Shown here piece by piece: positions 26,248 to 40,261 of a DNA stretch of 64,000 nt; the stretch's first letter is position 1, and the number at the start of each line of letters is the position of its first letter. The notes below the pieces were generated by a model, which saw only the letters and a list, made by a program, of their open reading frames with translations, did not search any database and was not told the DNA's origin. The position numbers and the translations under genes are program-made. Source of the DNA: the human T2T-CHM13v2.0 reference genome, Homo sapiens; NCBI RefSeq assembly GCF_009914755.1, contig NC_060933.1, one strand, 5' to 3'.

Positions 26248-28653
26248 TTGGTTCTTTCATAGACTTTCCATCTCTCTGGTTGCATTGCCCATCTGTTCTT
26301 GCATGCTGTCTACTTTATCTGTCAGAGCACTTAATCATAGTTTAAAATTCCCAGTCTGATAATACCAACATCACTGCCATGTCTGGTTCTGATGCTTGCT
26401 CTGTCTCTTCAAATTCTGTCTTTTTGTATTTTAGTATGCTTTGTTATTTTACTACTGCAAATAGGCCTTTAAAAATGTGACAGTAAGGTATTAGGAAGGG
26501 GAGGTATTCTCTAGTCCTACCAGTAGGTCTCTGTTTTTAGTGAGCCTGTGCCTCTGGACTGTGAACTTCGAAAGTGTTTCTGTGTCCTCCCTCCCCCTTT
26601 AGGTGGAGCAGGATGGCTAGAACTGGCTGGAGTTGGGTATTTTTCTTCCTTCAAGTCAGTTGAAAATAGGCTCTAATAAAACTCCAGGAGATTAGATTCT
26701 AGTCAACTAGCTTTTTCTGACTGCAGACCTTGTTAAGAGGAATGGAGTGCATCCAAATATTCTCACCTTTATTGCTGGAAGCACTAGAGAATTTTTCTCT
26801 GATATTTCCTGTGAGAACCAGCTAAATCACCTAGACATAAAATGCAAAAAGTATGAGGACCCTCCTATAACTAAGTCCTCTTGAGTTTTTAATTCTCAGT
26901 TGTCCACACTGAGCCTTCACCAATTCATCAATTATAGTCCAGGTTTTCCTGGTTCCCTTAGTGGTTTCCACTGGTGAATCTCTGTTCTGGTTTAAGCTAT
27001 AACTCTCCAGATTTGCCTGCCCGTTTCTCCAATCTTGGAGGTAGTAATTGTCTCTGTGTCCTCACTTCTCATGGATCCAAACAGAGTTTTTGGATTTTAC
27101 GTCTGTTCAGCTTGTTAGGCCAGAGTGGCCATTTCCAAGCTCCTTACATGTAGAAGTGGCTATAATTGAATTTTTAATTCAATTAAGAGGATCAAAAAAC
27201 CAATGAAAACTATTATATTACTACATAGTTATTTCTAAATTGAGAGTGATTTTTTTTTAACCTTGATCACCAATGAAGATTAATCAACTTCTCTCATTTT
27301 TTATTTTTGTAAGTGAGCAGGGGACATTTAAGCACATGGTGGGTGGTAAGCATCATTAAGGTGGGAAATCAGACTGCAACAGGATGCTATAAAGGCCAGG
27401 ACAAGGCAGTTATTTCTTTCACCTGATAAATACACAGTCATTTATTTAATGAATATTTATTATTAATTAATGTATTAATGAATATTAAGTACTTGGTAAA
27501 TAATATTTATATTTTTATAGGATATTTAATAATATATATTGAGCATTCCATAAATAGAAATAGTGAATATTAGAATATTATTGGGCTATTCTAAAAATGT
27601 CTTTCAAAAAAGTTATGCTGTTGGCTTGATATATGTATTGTGCATTGTTTCTGAGTTTATTCCAATGTATTTTATGCTTTATTATTGTTATATTTTGAAG
27701 AGAAAGTTATTTTTTCATTACCTGTTCTAATTTTTAATGGGACCAATTTTCATTACATTTCAGGTATATGTGTCTTTCTGTTATTTTAAGTGAACATTTA
27801 AAACTTCCTGAATTATAATACTAATATGACAAATATCAATAAATAGAAACACATGAGCACAATCTTTTTGGATGTGTCCACAATTTTTAAGTGTCGATGG
27901 CTTCTGAAACCGAAACAGTTGAGAACTGCTGATGTTGATAAGATTTACAAGAGCCTATTTAGGTGGTTAATTTGGCATATAATAGTATTAATCTCTAGTT
28001 TTATTGGTTGTCTTCTCTAAATCACAGGAAAACAAATGTGGAATTTTCCTGACCATGGGTAGTGACTGTGGTGTAGCTTCAGATTGCATTTGGAGAAAAG
28101 TCCATTGGAAAAGCATGGGGAAGGGAGGTAATGAGGACGCAAAAGGCAGAAGAGCTTCGTTCAAAAACAGTACCCTCCACAATAATAAAATGAAGGGTAA
28201 TCTCACCAAAGTCTTAATTACATTGGAAAATTTTGCTCAGTGACCAAGAAAGTTCCTGTGAAACTTGGGAATTACAAAGGAAAAGCCTAAGTTCAGGGGA
28301 AGGAAAAAGAAGAATTGTTTTTCTCTCTTCAACCTGCTGTTTCCCTCTCACCCTCATTCAGTTCCTGAAGCTGCTTCTTTCCATGCTGGGCTTTATAACC
28401 GCAAGCCAACAGCTAGTTGGGTAGGGAATCCACCTTCAGACCTCCGACCTCGTGTGAAGAGGCAGAGCATGCCGCTGAGATCTATGTGCCACTGGTTTCA
28501 GACATTTCTCTGTTCCTTTTCCCTTTCCCACATCCTGGATGTCTTGTCATAGTCAAAGGCCTTTGACTAGATCCATTCGTTAGTTTCCGTTCTGTCACCT
28601 AAGAATCCAGGAGAGACTAGGCCACTTCACGGGGGCTCTGCCTGTCTTGTTAA

Positions 28654-29172
28654 TGTCGGGATTCCTGACATGATATTAAAATAACGGCACCTTGGACATT
28701 GAGAAAACTGCAGAATCAAGAAGGTCATTCACTGACTTTGTCTCACCTTTCTGTGTGAAAGCTGGTCATAAGATAATTATCTGTCCTATCTCCCCTGAAA
28801 GTATGTCGTAAGACCCCCATGTGACAGGTGTCCTTCCCTGCTTCTGGAGGAAAGGAATAAAGACACAGGGACACCAAGAATAATCTGAACAGCAGGCCTT
28901 CCTAAGTCCCCCCTCAGTTTATTAACAATACTTCATATCCCCTTTGTGTCCAATATGCTTTTACATGACTGTCCATTTTTCATTAAACCTAAGCATAAAA
29001 ATAGACAGTTTCTCTGGGTCTTTGGATCTTCATTTCTAAAGCCTCTTGTCTCCCATGAAAATTAGTTTAAAAAATTAGTTATGGTTTTCTCTTGTTAATC
29101 TTCTTTTATTATAGGGGTATTAACCATGAACCTAGCAATAGGTGAGAAAAGGCACTACTTTTTTTTCCCACA
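28654..29172 (+). mobile_element. ERV1 solo LTR, MER34-like
   Basis: TG...CA ends, degenerate 4-bp TSD (TTAA/CTAA), MER34-like text ggcaccttggacattgagaaaactgcagaa; absent from copy C. Confidence 0.75.
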
Positions 29173-29289
29173 CTAATGACAACTTCTGCCTTATGCAAAC
29201 ACAACCAGAGGGTCCTACAGTCTTCACCGCCAGCCACAGTTGGAATGGTCTCATCAATGGATTGATGGCCCAGGGACGCACAAGGGCTG

Positions 29290-29915
29290 TGCTGAGGCTC
29301 AGAAAACAATCCCCCAAAATGACGGCCACAGAAGCAGCCTCAGAAGCAAAACTTTCTCTGACTTTCTCCTGCCCTTCTCTCTGTGGCCCCTTATTCTCTA
29401 GAATCTCTCTAGAATCCCTCTTCCCAAGGCAGGCCATAGAAACCAGAATTCCCTTCCCCAAAGCCAGCCATAAAACCTAAACATATTACTTCAACCTCCT
29501 CCTTGCCTTTCTGTGTAAAAGCTGACCATAAGGAAATTATGTGACCTGCCTTATCTGATGGTAGAATATAACTCCATTCAGAGAGGGCCCTGCCCCATTC
29601 CCAGAGTAAGGAATGTTGCACAAACAAACCCAGAAGAATCTAGACAGACAGGCCTTGCTAGGCTTCCTCACTCAGTCTATTAGCATTAGATCATGCCCTT
29701 TTTGTCCAGTCATTTTTCTACATAGCTGTCCAATTCTTCATTAACCTAAGCATAAAAATGGTATCTTTGGGCTTTCATTCTGAAGGCTCCCATGTCACAT
29801 GAAACTACTATACAATTAATTTGTATGGCTTTTTGCCTATTAATCTGCCTTTTGTCAGATGATTTTTCAGTGAAGCTTCAGAGGTCAAAGGGCTAATTTT
29901 CCCCTGGCCCCTACA
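29290..29915 (+). mobile_element. ERV1 solo LTR, MER39-like
   Basis: Starts TGCTGAGGCTCAGAAAAC, ends CCCCTACA, exact GCTG TSD (29286-29289 and 29916-29919); absent from copy C. Confidence 0.8.
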
Positions 29916-30834
29916 GCTGCCCACCCAACATTTCTTACCAGGTGCTACCTGGACTCCCTCTGCTAGAAGCTCCACATTGGCCCTATCCAATACAGTCTTC
30001 AGTCACCCTCCAGCCTGGATTTACTTTTCCCTTTGGATACCAGGCATTTCTCTGAGCTGTATGTTATTTAATCCTCACAACCATACTCAGGGGTAAATGC
30101 AGCCAGGCCTAGGGTTAAGAAGAGAATACACAGACAACACACTTACAGCAGCTGCTGAATAAGCACCAGCTCCATTCCCTTCACAAACACGTGGACATGT
30201 CTATTTTTGGTTTTTCTGTGGGTGCTTCCTATCTTGGAAGCAGTTTCTGGTGCTTCTACAAAGTGAAACCAAAACCCTGTACATCATTAAAACTTACAAC
30301 CAATTACATTTTTATTTCATCATCAGGGGCTGTACGATGAACCAGGTGGTGCAAAAATAACAATGAGGGTGATGCAACAAGTGAAAAGGAAACTAAATGT
30401 GAATTGTCGAATTGGAATTGAAGAATGGAGCGGGTATTCCCCTTTGCCCTGGTGCTTGCCTGAGGCAAGTGCTGCTTATCTTCACAAAGCAGAAGATTCT
30501 TCTGGCTGCCTGGAAGATGCCTCTGTTATTTTAGTGAAAACATTTAGCTCCTCGAAAGGTAGAGAGAACCAAGAGGTAAAGTGTGCCATTGTAGACAGCT
30601 GGTGTGTGTCCCAGGTAGCAGTGCTTCTGTCTACATCCTGGGATATTTGCTGCGAAATGATTGGCTCAGTCACCAAGTGAATGGCTCTTTCTGCCTCTCC
30701 CTTGTGAGTAGTTGAGCTGGCATTAAAAAGTTCCTGGCTAGTTCTTTTGAAATTACCTCACCTTCCTGCAGACCTAGAACATTAGGGAATAATCCTCTAA
30801 TCAGTTTCAAATAGGAGAGCTCACATGTAAGCAG

Positions 30835-30965
30835 CCTTATTTAAGTGCCAGGCATCATTCTGAGCATGTTATATAAATTAAACAATTAATCCTCACCACA
30901 GTTTTATGAGGTAGGACTGTGGTTATCTTAATTTTACAGATAAGGGAACTGGGCAACGAGAGGTC
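30835..30965 (-). mobile_element. MIR fragment (paralog at ~52530-52660)
   Basis: aatcctcaccacagttttatgaggtagg ... attttacagataagggaactg, the MIR core. Confidence 0.7.
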
Positions 30966-33774
30966 TGTTTCCTTTCCCCGTTATGACATCCCAAAATAGC
31001 ATTTTGCTCCTTGAGTTCTAGTAGGAACATTCAAGGCCTGGTTGGCCTTTCCCATCTCTCACTCTGGACCCCTGGAGGGAAGAAAACTTGGTCTTATTCC
31101 TAGCTCTCATTTTTCACTTATTTCTTATTTTTAGAAAATGTGCAATTCTGCCAACTCTTTGCTTTAGCTCTTGCTTTCAAATGACTTGCACATCTCTGTC
31201 CTTTCTCCCCTTTTCCAAAATTTTCAATGTCATTTGCATCCTTCCATCAGTTCTAAAATGCTAGTTACTTGTGGATGTCTCTCCATTTTACGCCCTGTTC
31301 TGAGCCTATGGCTCTTTGCAAATACAGCACTTGCGGAACACTCATCATTCTGTTCGGTAATCAATGTTTTGTTTTATCCTCTCTTTTCCAGAAGATTCGT
31401 GTTTTAAATCTGAACTTTGTCTCCCCAGTCATTAGCACAGTAGCCAATGGTAAAAAGTTAAGTATTGTTTATTGAATAAATATAATGCTGCAATATATGC
31501 TTCAATGAGTTTGTGACTGTCAGATATCAAGGAGTTGTCTTGGCAATGTTTGCTGAGGGTTCATTTAATGAATTCTCTTGACAAGAATTTGAGCTCCACC
31601 TATCTCATGAGCACATCGATGGGCAATGTGAACAAAGGGAAAATAAAATTCAAAAGAGAATACAATTTATGTTGAAAAGAACATTAAATATTATTTTAGA
31701 TAAATGTAGCCCCAACACATGTGAGTCTTCTTGCCCCTTCTCTGACTCTCTTGGCATCCAAAAGAAATGCAAATCCATAATCAAAAGTCTTTAAATTTTA
31801 ATATAGTTCCTCATTAAGGCCCTTGAAGAGACAGCAAAGTGGCAAATTATGTCATAAGTCTATTCAGTAAAACATACTTAGTTCCCGTTTTAACAGGAAA
31901 TAGAAGCAAATGGAAAACTAACCAATTCATTTTATGAGAATAAAATCATACAACGCAGATAATAAGATCAGCCAACAAATTATAGGACACTTTTATAAAC
32001 ATGAAGATAAAAGTACCATGTTAAATATTAGGAAGTGAAACCCAAAGATGTGCTGTAAATAAAAAACTAGAATGTAACCAAGAATACAATGGTAGCATAC
32101 GATAATCTGTTCATGTAATTATTAGTATGTGACAAAGGGAAAAAATATACTGATCTCACAAGGTACCAATAAACTCCCACATTAATTAAAAAGCAATACC
32201 TTAGCCTACCAAGGCTAGAACCAGTTTAACTCTGATAAATGTTATTGCATCTATTAAGAGTGCCTTCTACTATAAGTAACAGACAACTTAGCTAATTGAG
32301 TCTAAAATAATGAAGACATTTGCTCAGTCCACATAATTGGAAATCTGTAGGGCAGTATTCCTACAAGGATGATAGAGAGTTCCCATTGCTGCACATGTCG
32401 CCAGCATTTGGTACCATTAGCGTTCTGAACTTTGATCATTCGAGCAGGTGTGTAGTGCCTCCACATTCGTTATTGTAGAACTAGGCCTATAGCAGCAAGG
32501 AGAATCTGTGAGAATGTAACACAAGGATTAGGCTTTTTTTCCCCCAAATGACTAGTTGACTGTCCCAACATGGGCTTTTCCCATTGGTTTGAAAAGCCAC
32601 TTTTACTGTATGCAAAGAAACAATAAATTCAATTTTCTTCTTCTTAACTTTGATTCTGTTTTCTTGACCGATTTCTCTATTCTTGCAATAATCCCGCTTT
32701 CTGCAGTCTTACAAGATCATTTTATATTTTACAAGGCAAGTCCCTCTGTAAATTTATTCCTTTCTCAGATTTTCTGATGTATTATTTTTTGATACATTTT
32801 GTAGTCAGCTTGTCAAATTCCAATTAAAAATCTTGTTGACGTGTTGTTTGGGAATGCATTGAATTTATGTATAAATGTATAATAAAGCAATTAAAAACAA
32901 TTCAGTAGATTTTTATTTACTAATAGAAAAAATCTCTAAGATCTATTATTAAGTAAAAAAAGAAACATGATATTTATGAAATACAAACACACTTAATATC
33001 CACTGAATATTTCTATATGTATAAATTTATTAAATAAATGAGGAAATGACTAAAAGGATACTCATTAAAGTATTAACTATGTGAAATTGGGATGGTAACA
33101 GGTCAATATGACTTTTCACTTGTATGAATTATTCTAATTTTTAATCATGACAATACATTCATGTATTTTTTATAAATATAAATAAACTCAAGAAATCTTT
33201 TTTAGTTCTCTAAAGTAACACTCCTTAGGGCAGTTACTTAACTTTGCATCTGCTTATCCATCTTTTTGTGAGCTTCATCCTGCTTTGCTCTTTTTACTCC
33301 ACTTTGAACAGTCAAGTAGACTTTTTGCTCCTGAATAAGAAGCTTCATTGTGATTCGCCAACCTTTACCTCAATGGACTAAGCAGAGATAGGACTCAGTC
33401 TATGATCAACTCATTACTGATTAACTCATGATCACCAAGGTATTGATTGACAAATTCATTAGACTTTTCTCAGTTTTAATAGCAACATTAATGATAATCC
33501 AGTTTAAGGGCCAAGTATTGTTCTGTACTGCATACATTATCTCATGTAATCAATTCAACAATCCTACAGAAAAGATGTTATTATTCTCATTCTATAGAGA
33601 AGGAAACTGAGGCTGCTCAAAAATGTTAAGCATATTTTCCAAGGTCAAACAATTAATCAGTGGGAAGCCAGAATTTAAATACTGTTTCAGAATCTGAACA
33701 GATCTCATGATCTTAGCCTCATTAATATAATGATAATCAGATGTTTGTGCAGCGCTTTAAAAAAACTTACTTTA

Positions 33775-34071
33775 CTTATTTATCTGTCTTTTCAGAGACA
33801 ATGTCTTGCTCTGTTGCCCAGGCCGAAGTGTAGTGGCACAATCATAGCTCACTGAAGCCTCCAAATGCTGGGCTCCAGCAATCCTCCCATTTCAGCCGCC
33901 TGAGTAGCTGGGACTATGGGTGCATGCCACCACACGTGGCTACTTTTTAAATTTTTAAATAGAGACAGGGTCTCACTATATTGCCCAGGTTCACCTCGGA
34001 CTCCTGGCGTCCAGCTATCCTCCCACCTTGGCCTCCTAAGGCATTGGAATTATAGGCATGAGCCACCATGC
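33775..34071 (-). mobile_element. AluJ
   Basis: gagacaatgtcttgctctgttgcccagg ... atcatagctcactg ... gagacagggtctcactat. Confidence 0.88.
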
Positions 34072-34074
34072 TTT

Positions 34075-35920
34075 AAAATTTTAATTAAAGTAAAATGCTC
34101 ATAACATAAAATGTATCACCTTAGATACTTTTAAAGGGTGCAGTTCAGTAGTGCTATATTCACATTGTAGTGAAAATAGTCTCCAGAACTCTTTTCGTCT
34201 TGCAAAATTTAAACCCTATACTTATTAACAACTCACTGTTTCTCCCTTTCCCAAAATCCTACACTTTCTGTATCTATAAATGTGACTATTCTAGATACCT
34301 GATAATAAGTGGTCATATACTATTTGTTTATATGTGTGATGGGCTTATTTCAGTTAGTGTACGGTGCTCCAGAATCCTCTTGCAGCATGTGTCACAATTT
34401 CCTTCTTTTTTTTAGACTGAATAATATTCCATGATATGTATTGACCACATTTTTTAAAAATCCATTCATCCGTCCATAGGCATTTGGGTTACTTCTATCT
34501 TTTGACTACTGTGAGTACTTTTGCTTTGGATATATACTTAGTAGTGGAATTGCTGGATATATAATAATTCAATTTTTAATTTTTGAGGAACCACCGTACT
34601 GTTTTTCATAACTCCTGCATCATTTTACATTCCCAAAAGCAGCCCACAAGAGATCCTATTTCTCCACATCAAAACGTTATTTTTTTCTTTCTTCTTTTTC
34701 TTTTTTTATCATTGCCATCTTAATGGGTGAGAGGTGATATGTTTTTGTGGTTTTGATTTGCATTTCCTCAGTGACTAATGATGTTGAACAACTTTTCATG
34801 TTCTTGTTGTCCATTGTGTATCTTATTTGGAGAAATGGCTATTCAAGTTATTTGCAGATTTTATAATTGGATGTCTGTTTTGGTTGAGTTGTAAAAGTTA
34901 TTTATATATTCTGAATACTAGTCCTTTCTAAGATATAAGATTTGCAAATAGTTTCTTCCATTCTATAGGTTGCCTTTTCACTTTCTTGATAGTGTCTTTT
35001 GAGCACAATAGTTTTAAATGTTGATGAAGTCCAATTTATCTGTTTTCTTTTGTTGCTTATGCCTTTCCTATCTTATCTAAGGATTCATTGGCAAATCCAA
35101 ATCATAAAGATTAATCTCTACATTTTCTTCTAAGGCTTTGCTCTTACATTTAGGTATTTGATATATTTGAAATATTTTTTATATGATGTGAAGTTGGGGT
35201 ACAATTTCATTATTTTGCATGTGAATATCCAGTTGCTAGGGCAACTGGGTATTGTTCTTTCCACATTGAGTGGTCCTCGTACCCTGGTTGAAAATCAATT
35301 GACTATAAACATATGGGTTTATTTCTGGACACTCAGTTCTATTGCATTGGTCTATATGTCTACCTTTATGCAAGTACCACACTGTTTTGATTACACTAGT
35401 TTGTAATATATTTTCAAATCAAGGAAGGGTGAGCCCCCCCAAATTTGCCCTTATATTTTCAAGATTCCTTGAGCCCAGGAGGTGGAGGTTGCAGTGAGCT
35501 GAGATTGTGCCATTGCACTTCAGCCTGGGTGACAGAGCAAGACTCTGTTTTGAAAAAGGAAAAAAAAAAAAGATTTATTTTGGGTATCCAGAGTCTCTTG
35601 CAATTTCATATAAATTTTAGTATTGGATTTTTAATTTCTGCAAAACCAGCCATTGGTATTTGAATCAAAATTGCATGAAATCTATAGATTACTCTGGGGG
35701 AATATTGGCATCTAAACAATATTAAGTCTTCCACTTCATGAACATGGAAGGCCTTTCCATTTATATAGGTCTTCTTTAATTTAGTTCGGCAATATTTGCA
35801 GTTTTCAGTGGACAACTCTTACATATCCTTTGTTAAATTTATTGCCAAGTATTATATTCTTTTTGATGTTATTATAAATGGAATATTTATTTTAATTTTT
35901 TTGAATTGTTCATGGCTAGT
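34075..35920 (-). mobile_element. L1MB-like 3' region with an inserted Alu right-arm fragment (35467-35571, +)
   Basis: L1 ORF2 C-terminal remnants (IYRFHAILIQIPMAGFAEI) and cttgagcccaggaggtggaggttgcagtgagc with an A tail. Confidence 0.75.
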
Positions 35921-36499
35921 GGTCTTTGTTTTCTGTTCCTATAACAGACCACCACAGAGTGGGTAATGTATAAAGAAAAGAAGTTTATTTAGCTCACAGT
36001 TCTGGAGTCTGGGAGCTCCAACAATACACAACCAGCATCTGGTGAGAGTGTTCTTGCTGCACCATAGCATGATTGAAATCTGCACACTGTGTATAGGGCA
36101 AGTACAAAAGAGCCAGAAAGAGCTGGATAATGTCTAAAAATATGTGAGATGAGAATAGAAAGTTTGAAAGATCCAGCTGAACTCAACAAAACCTATCATT
36201 TGAAAGGCAGGGCTAGAACTAGAAACTGGAAAGTTATCTGCATCCTATTCAAGTGTATTATAGTGCCTCTGGAATAAGAGAATGGTGCCTTTTGGTAACT
36301 AAGGAAAATGAGAACAGGAATGTAATGTATTAGTCAGAAGGGCAGTCTAATGGTTACCATGGGGACTCTGTGGCTGGACTGCTGGGGTTCTTGTCATAGC
36401 CTCAGCCTGCTCCATGTTGTAACCTTGGGCACCTTATTATCCTCCGCTACATGTAAATGATAACCACACATATTTTGATAGGTTGTCATGAAGATGAAG

Positions 36500-38240
<1,741 letters not shown>

Positions 38241-39506
38241 ATGATATTATGTATTTAGTACAATGCCTGAATAAAATAAGCACTTGGCACGTGTTAGCCA
38301 TTCCCACAATGGAGAAAATGAATGCAACCCCAACTATGGAAATTGAGTGGAAATTTCCTGGGAAAGATCTGCTTTTCTTCCTTTAATTCTCAGGTCATTG
38401 ATAAACGTTGTTATTGTAATTTCACCTCTTACTGTGAACATGAGCATGTAAATGGAGAGAGTGCCCCTTCCAAATGACTAACACCTATTAGCTCATGGGA
38501 AAGTTGACCTCTCAAACATGAATTAAATGGCCACGCAGTGTATGACCCAGTCTCTTTGGAGTGTGGTTGGTGTGGCTAACTGTTTGCAGTCTGATAATCA
38601 CTGTGTATAGTGAAAAAAAGTAAATACACAGCTAACTAAATAAATAAATTCCCTGATTTTGCAAAGCTGAAAACTAGCCCTATAGGTAACAACCTGCTTT
38701 AAACAGCCAGTTTCCCCCACTGCTGGACCTGTCTGCAGCTGACATTTTCATTTAGATCGAGAATTTCTCAATCACTTTCTGTCATTTCCTATTTACTTTT
38801 GGTGGCTTTGTGTGTGAATTACTTTTTCTTCCCCCTTTTGAAGAGAAGAGGTTAGCAGACTTATTGTACACAAGGAAAAAAAGGAAGTCACTACTGACCA
38901 TAGTGGGATATTCATATACATATTCTACTTAGGTATGTTTGAGTTCAAAGGAGGAAACCTGAGAGATAAAACAGTTTAGGCTTGTATGTACAGCAAGCTT
39001 GCCCCCGATTCTCAAATTGTGCCCCTAACACAATATTGTCCGAAGCGTCCTGGTGAAGCTTGCTCATATGTATTTTACTTTCAGGAAGTGATTGAGAAAA
39101 GTTTACAATTGTGGAAATGTGGATGTCTGAAATATTAAGCTAGATGCTCATAGTCTAGTCTTGAGTGCAAAGTCCACTATATATGTGGAAAACCAGTGAG
39201 GTGAGAGGATACTTCAGGAAAGCTAGATAATAATGGTGAACTTTAATATAATGCTATGGGATTAGAAGCCAGAGGCCATTGTCCAACCAACTCATACAAT
39301 GGTAATAAGGATGAACAACTTCTGTTCTAGCTCATTGTCCCTTGAACCAATCTTGAGCCAGGTGAAAGTTCCAACGGGTTAAAGAAATCCAAGGACCCTA
39401 TTCATTAAAAACACAGAAATTAAGCAAGAAAACTTCTAAGTTCCTGGTATTTGAGGATATAGCAAAGAATAAGATGAGATTTATGCACAAGAAGAATGTA
39501 TCTTCT

Positions 39507-39832
<326 letters not shown>

Positions 39833-40107
39833 TTACATACATGATCTAATATATCAACACTTTCAGGAGGGAAATCTAGAGGGATAGAAAAGATCTTTTA
39901 AAAGGAGCCTGGTAAAGCTTTCTTAAAAGTTGTCCTGAACATCAGGAAGACCCAGACAGCTCTATCATTAGTTCAAAGTCAATTTTTGTTGAGGTGATAA
40001 GCATCCCATGGAATTAGAACTTTTAATTTTTTAGTGAGTAATTTTAACTCAATTGTAAGAAGATAGACGGAGTTGTCTCCCAGGCCCTTGAAGAGACGAA
40101 AAAGTTC

Positions 40108-40171
40108 AAAGTGGGGAAGTGAAAAGATCTGAGGAAAATTCAGAAAATGAAATCGTGTGCTGAATATTTAA
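40108..40171 (+). promoter_or_regulatory. Relic IFNA/IFNW-type virus-responsive promoter
   Basis: GGAAGTGAAA (40115-40124), GAAAATGAAA (40143-40152) and the IFNA/W-type TATA variant TATTTAA (40165-40171), ~95 bp upstream of the pseudogene ATG. Confidence 0.7.
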
Positions 40172-40261
40172 GGGGCTCATGAGCAGAAGGTCCTCAGAGA
40201 AGCTGGGGCAAAGCTCCCAATATTCCATCTTAACCAGAAGAGCTTCTTTTGGAACTTACCA

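Larger units (their letters stand above)
27770..31013 (+). repeat. Segmental duplication copy A (left arm of the large inverted repeat)
   Basis: Colinear reverse-complement match to 52475-55387 (B) and 55384-56620 (C), e.g. shared peptide RAVLRLRKQxPKMTATEAASEAKLSLT in ORFs 29142(+) and 54053(-). Confidence 0.93.

Noticed and set aside
29109-29480. 112-aa ORF with a near-identical counterpart at 54053-54259
   Set aside because: Spans LTR boundaries and is frameshifted in the paralog; the similarity reflects the duplication, not a gene.
31817-31832. Exact 16-mer AGGCCCTTGAAGAGAC shared with 40082-40097 upstream of the omega pseudogene
   Set aside because: One 16-mer match is roughly expected by chance in 64 kb, and flanking similarity is not convincing by eye.
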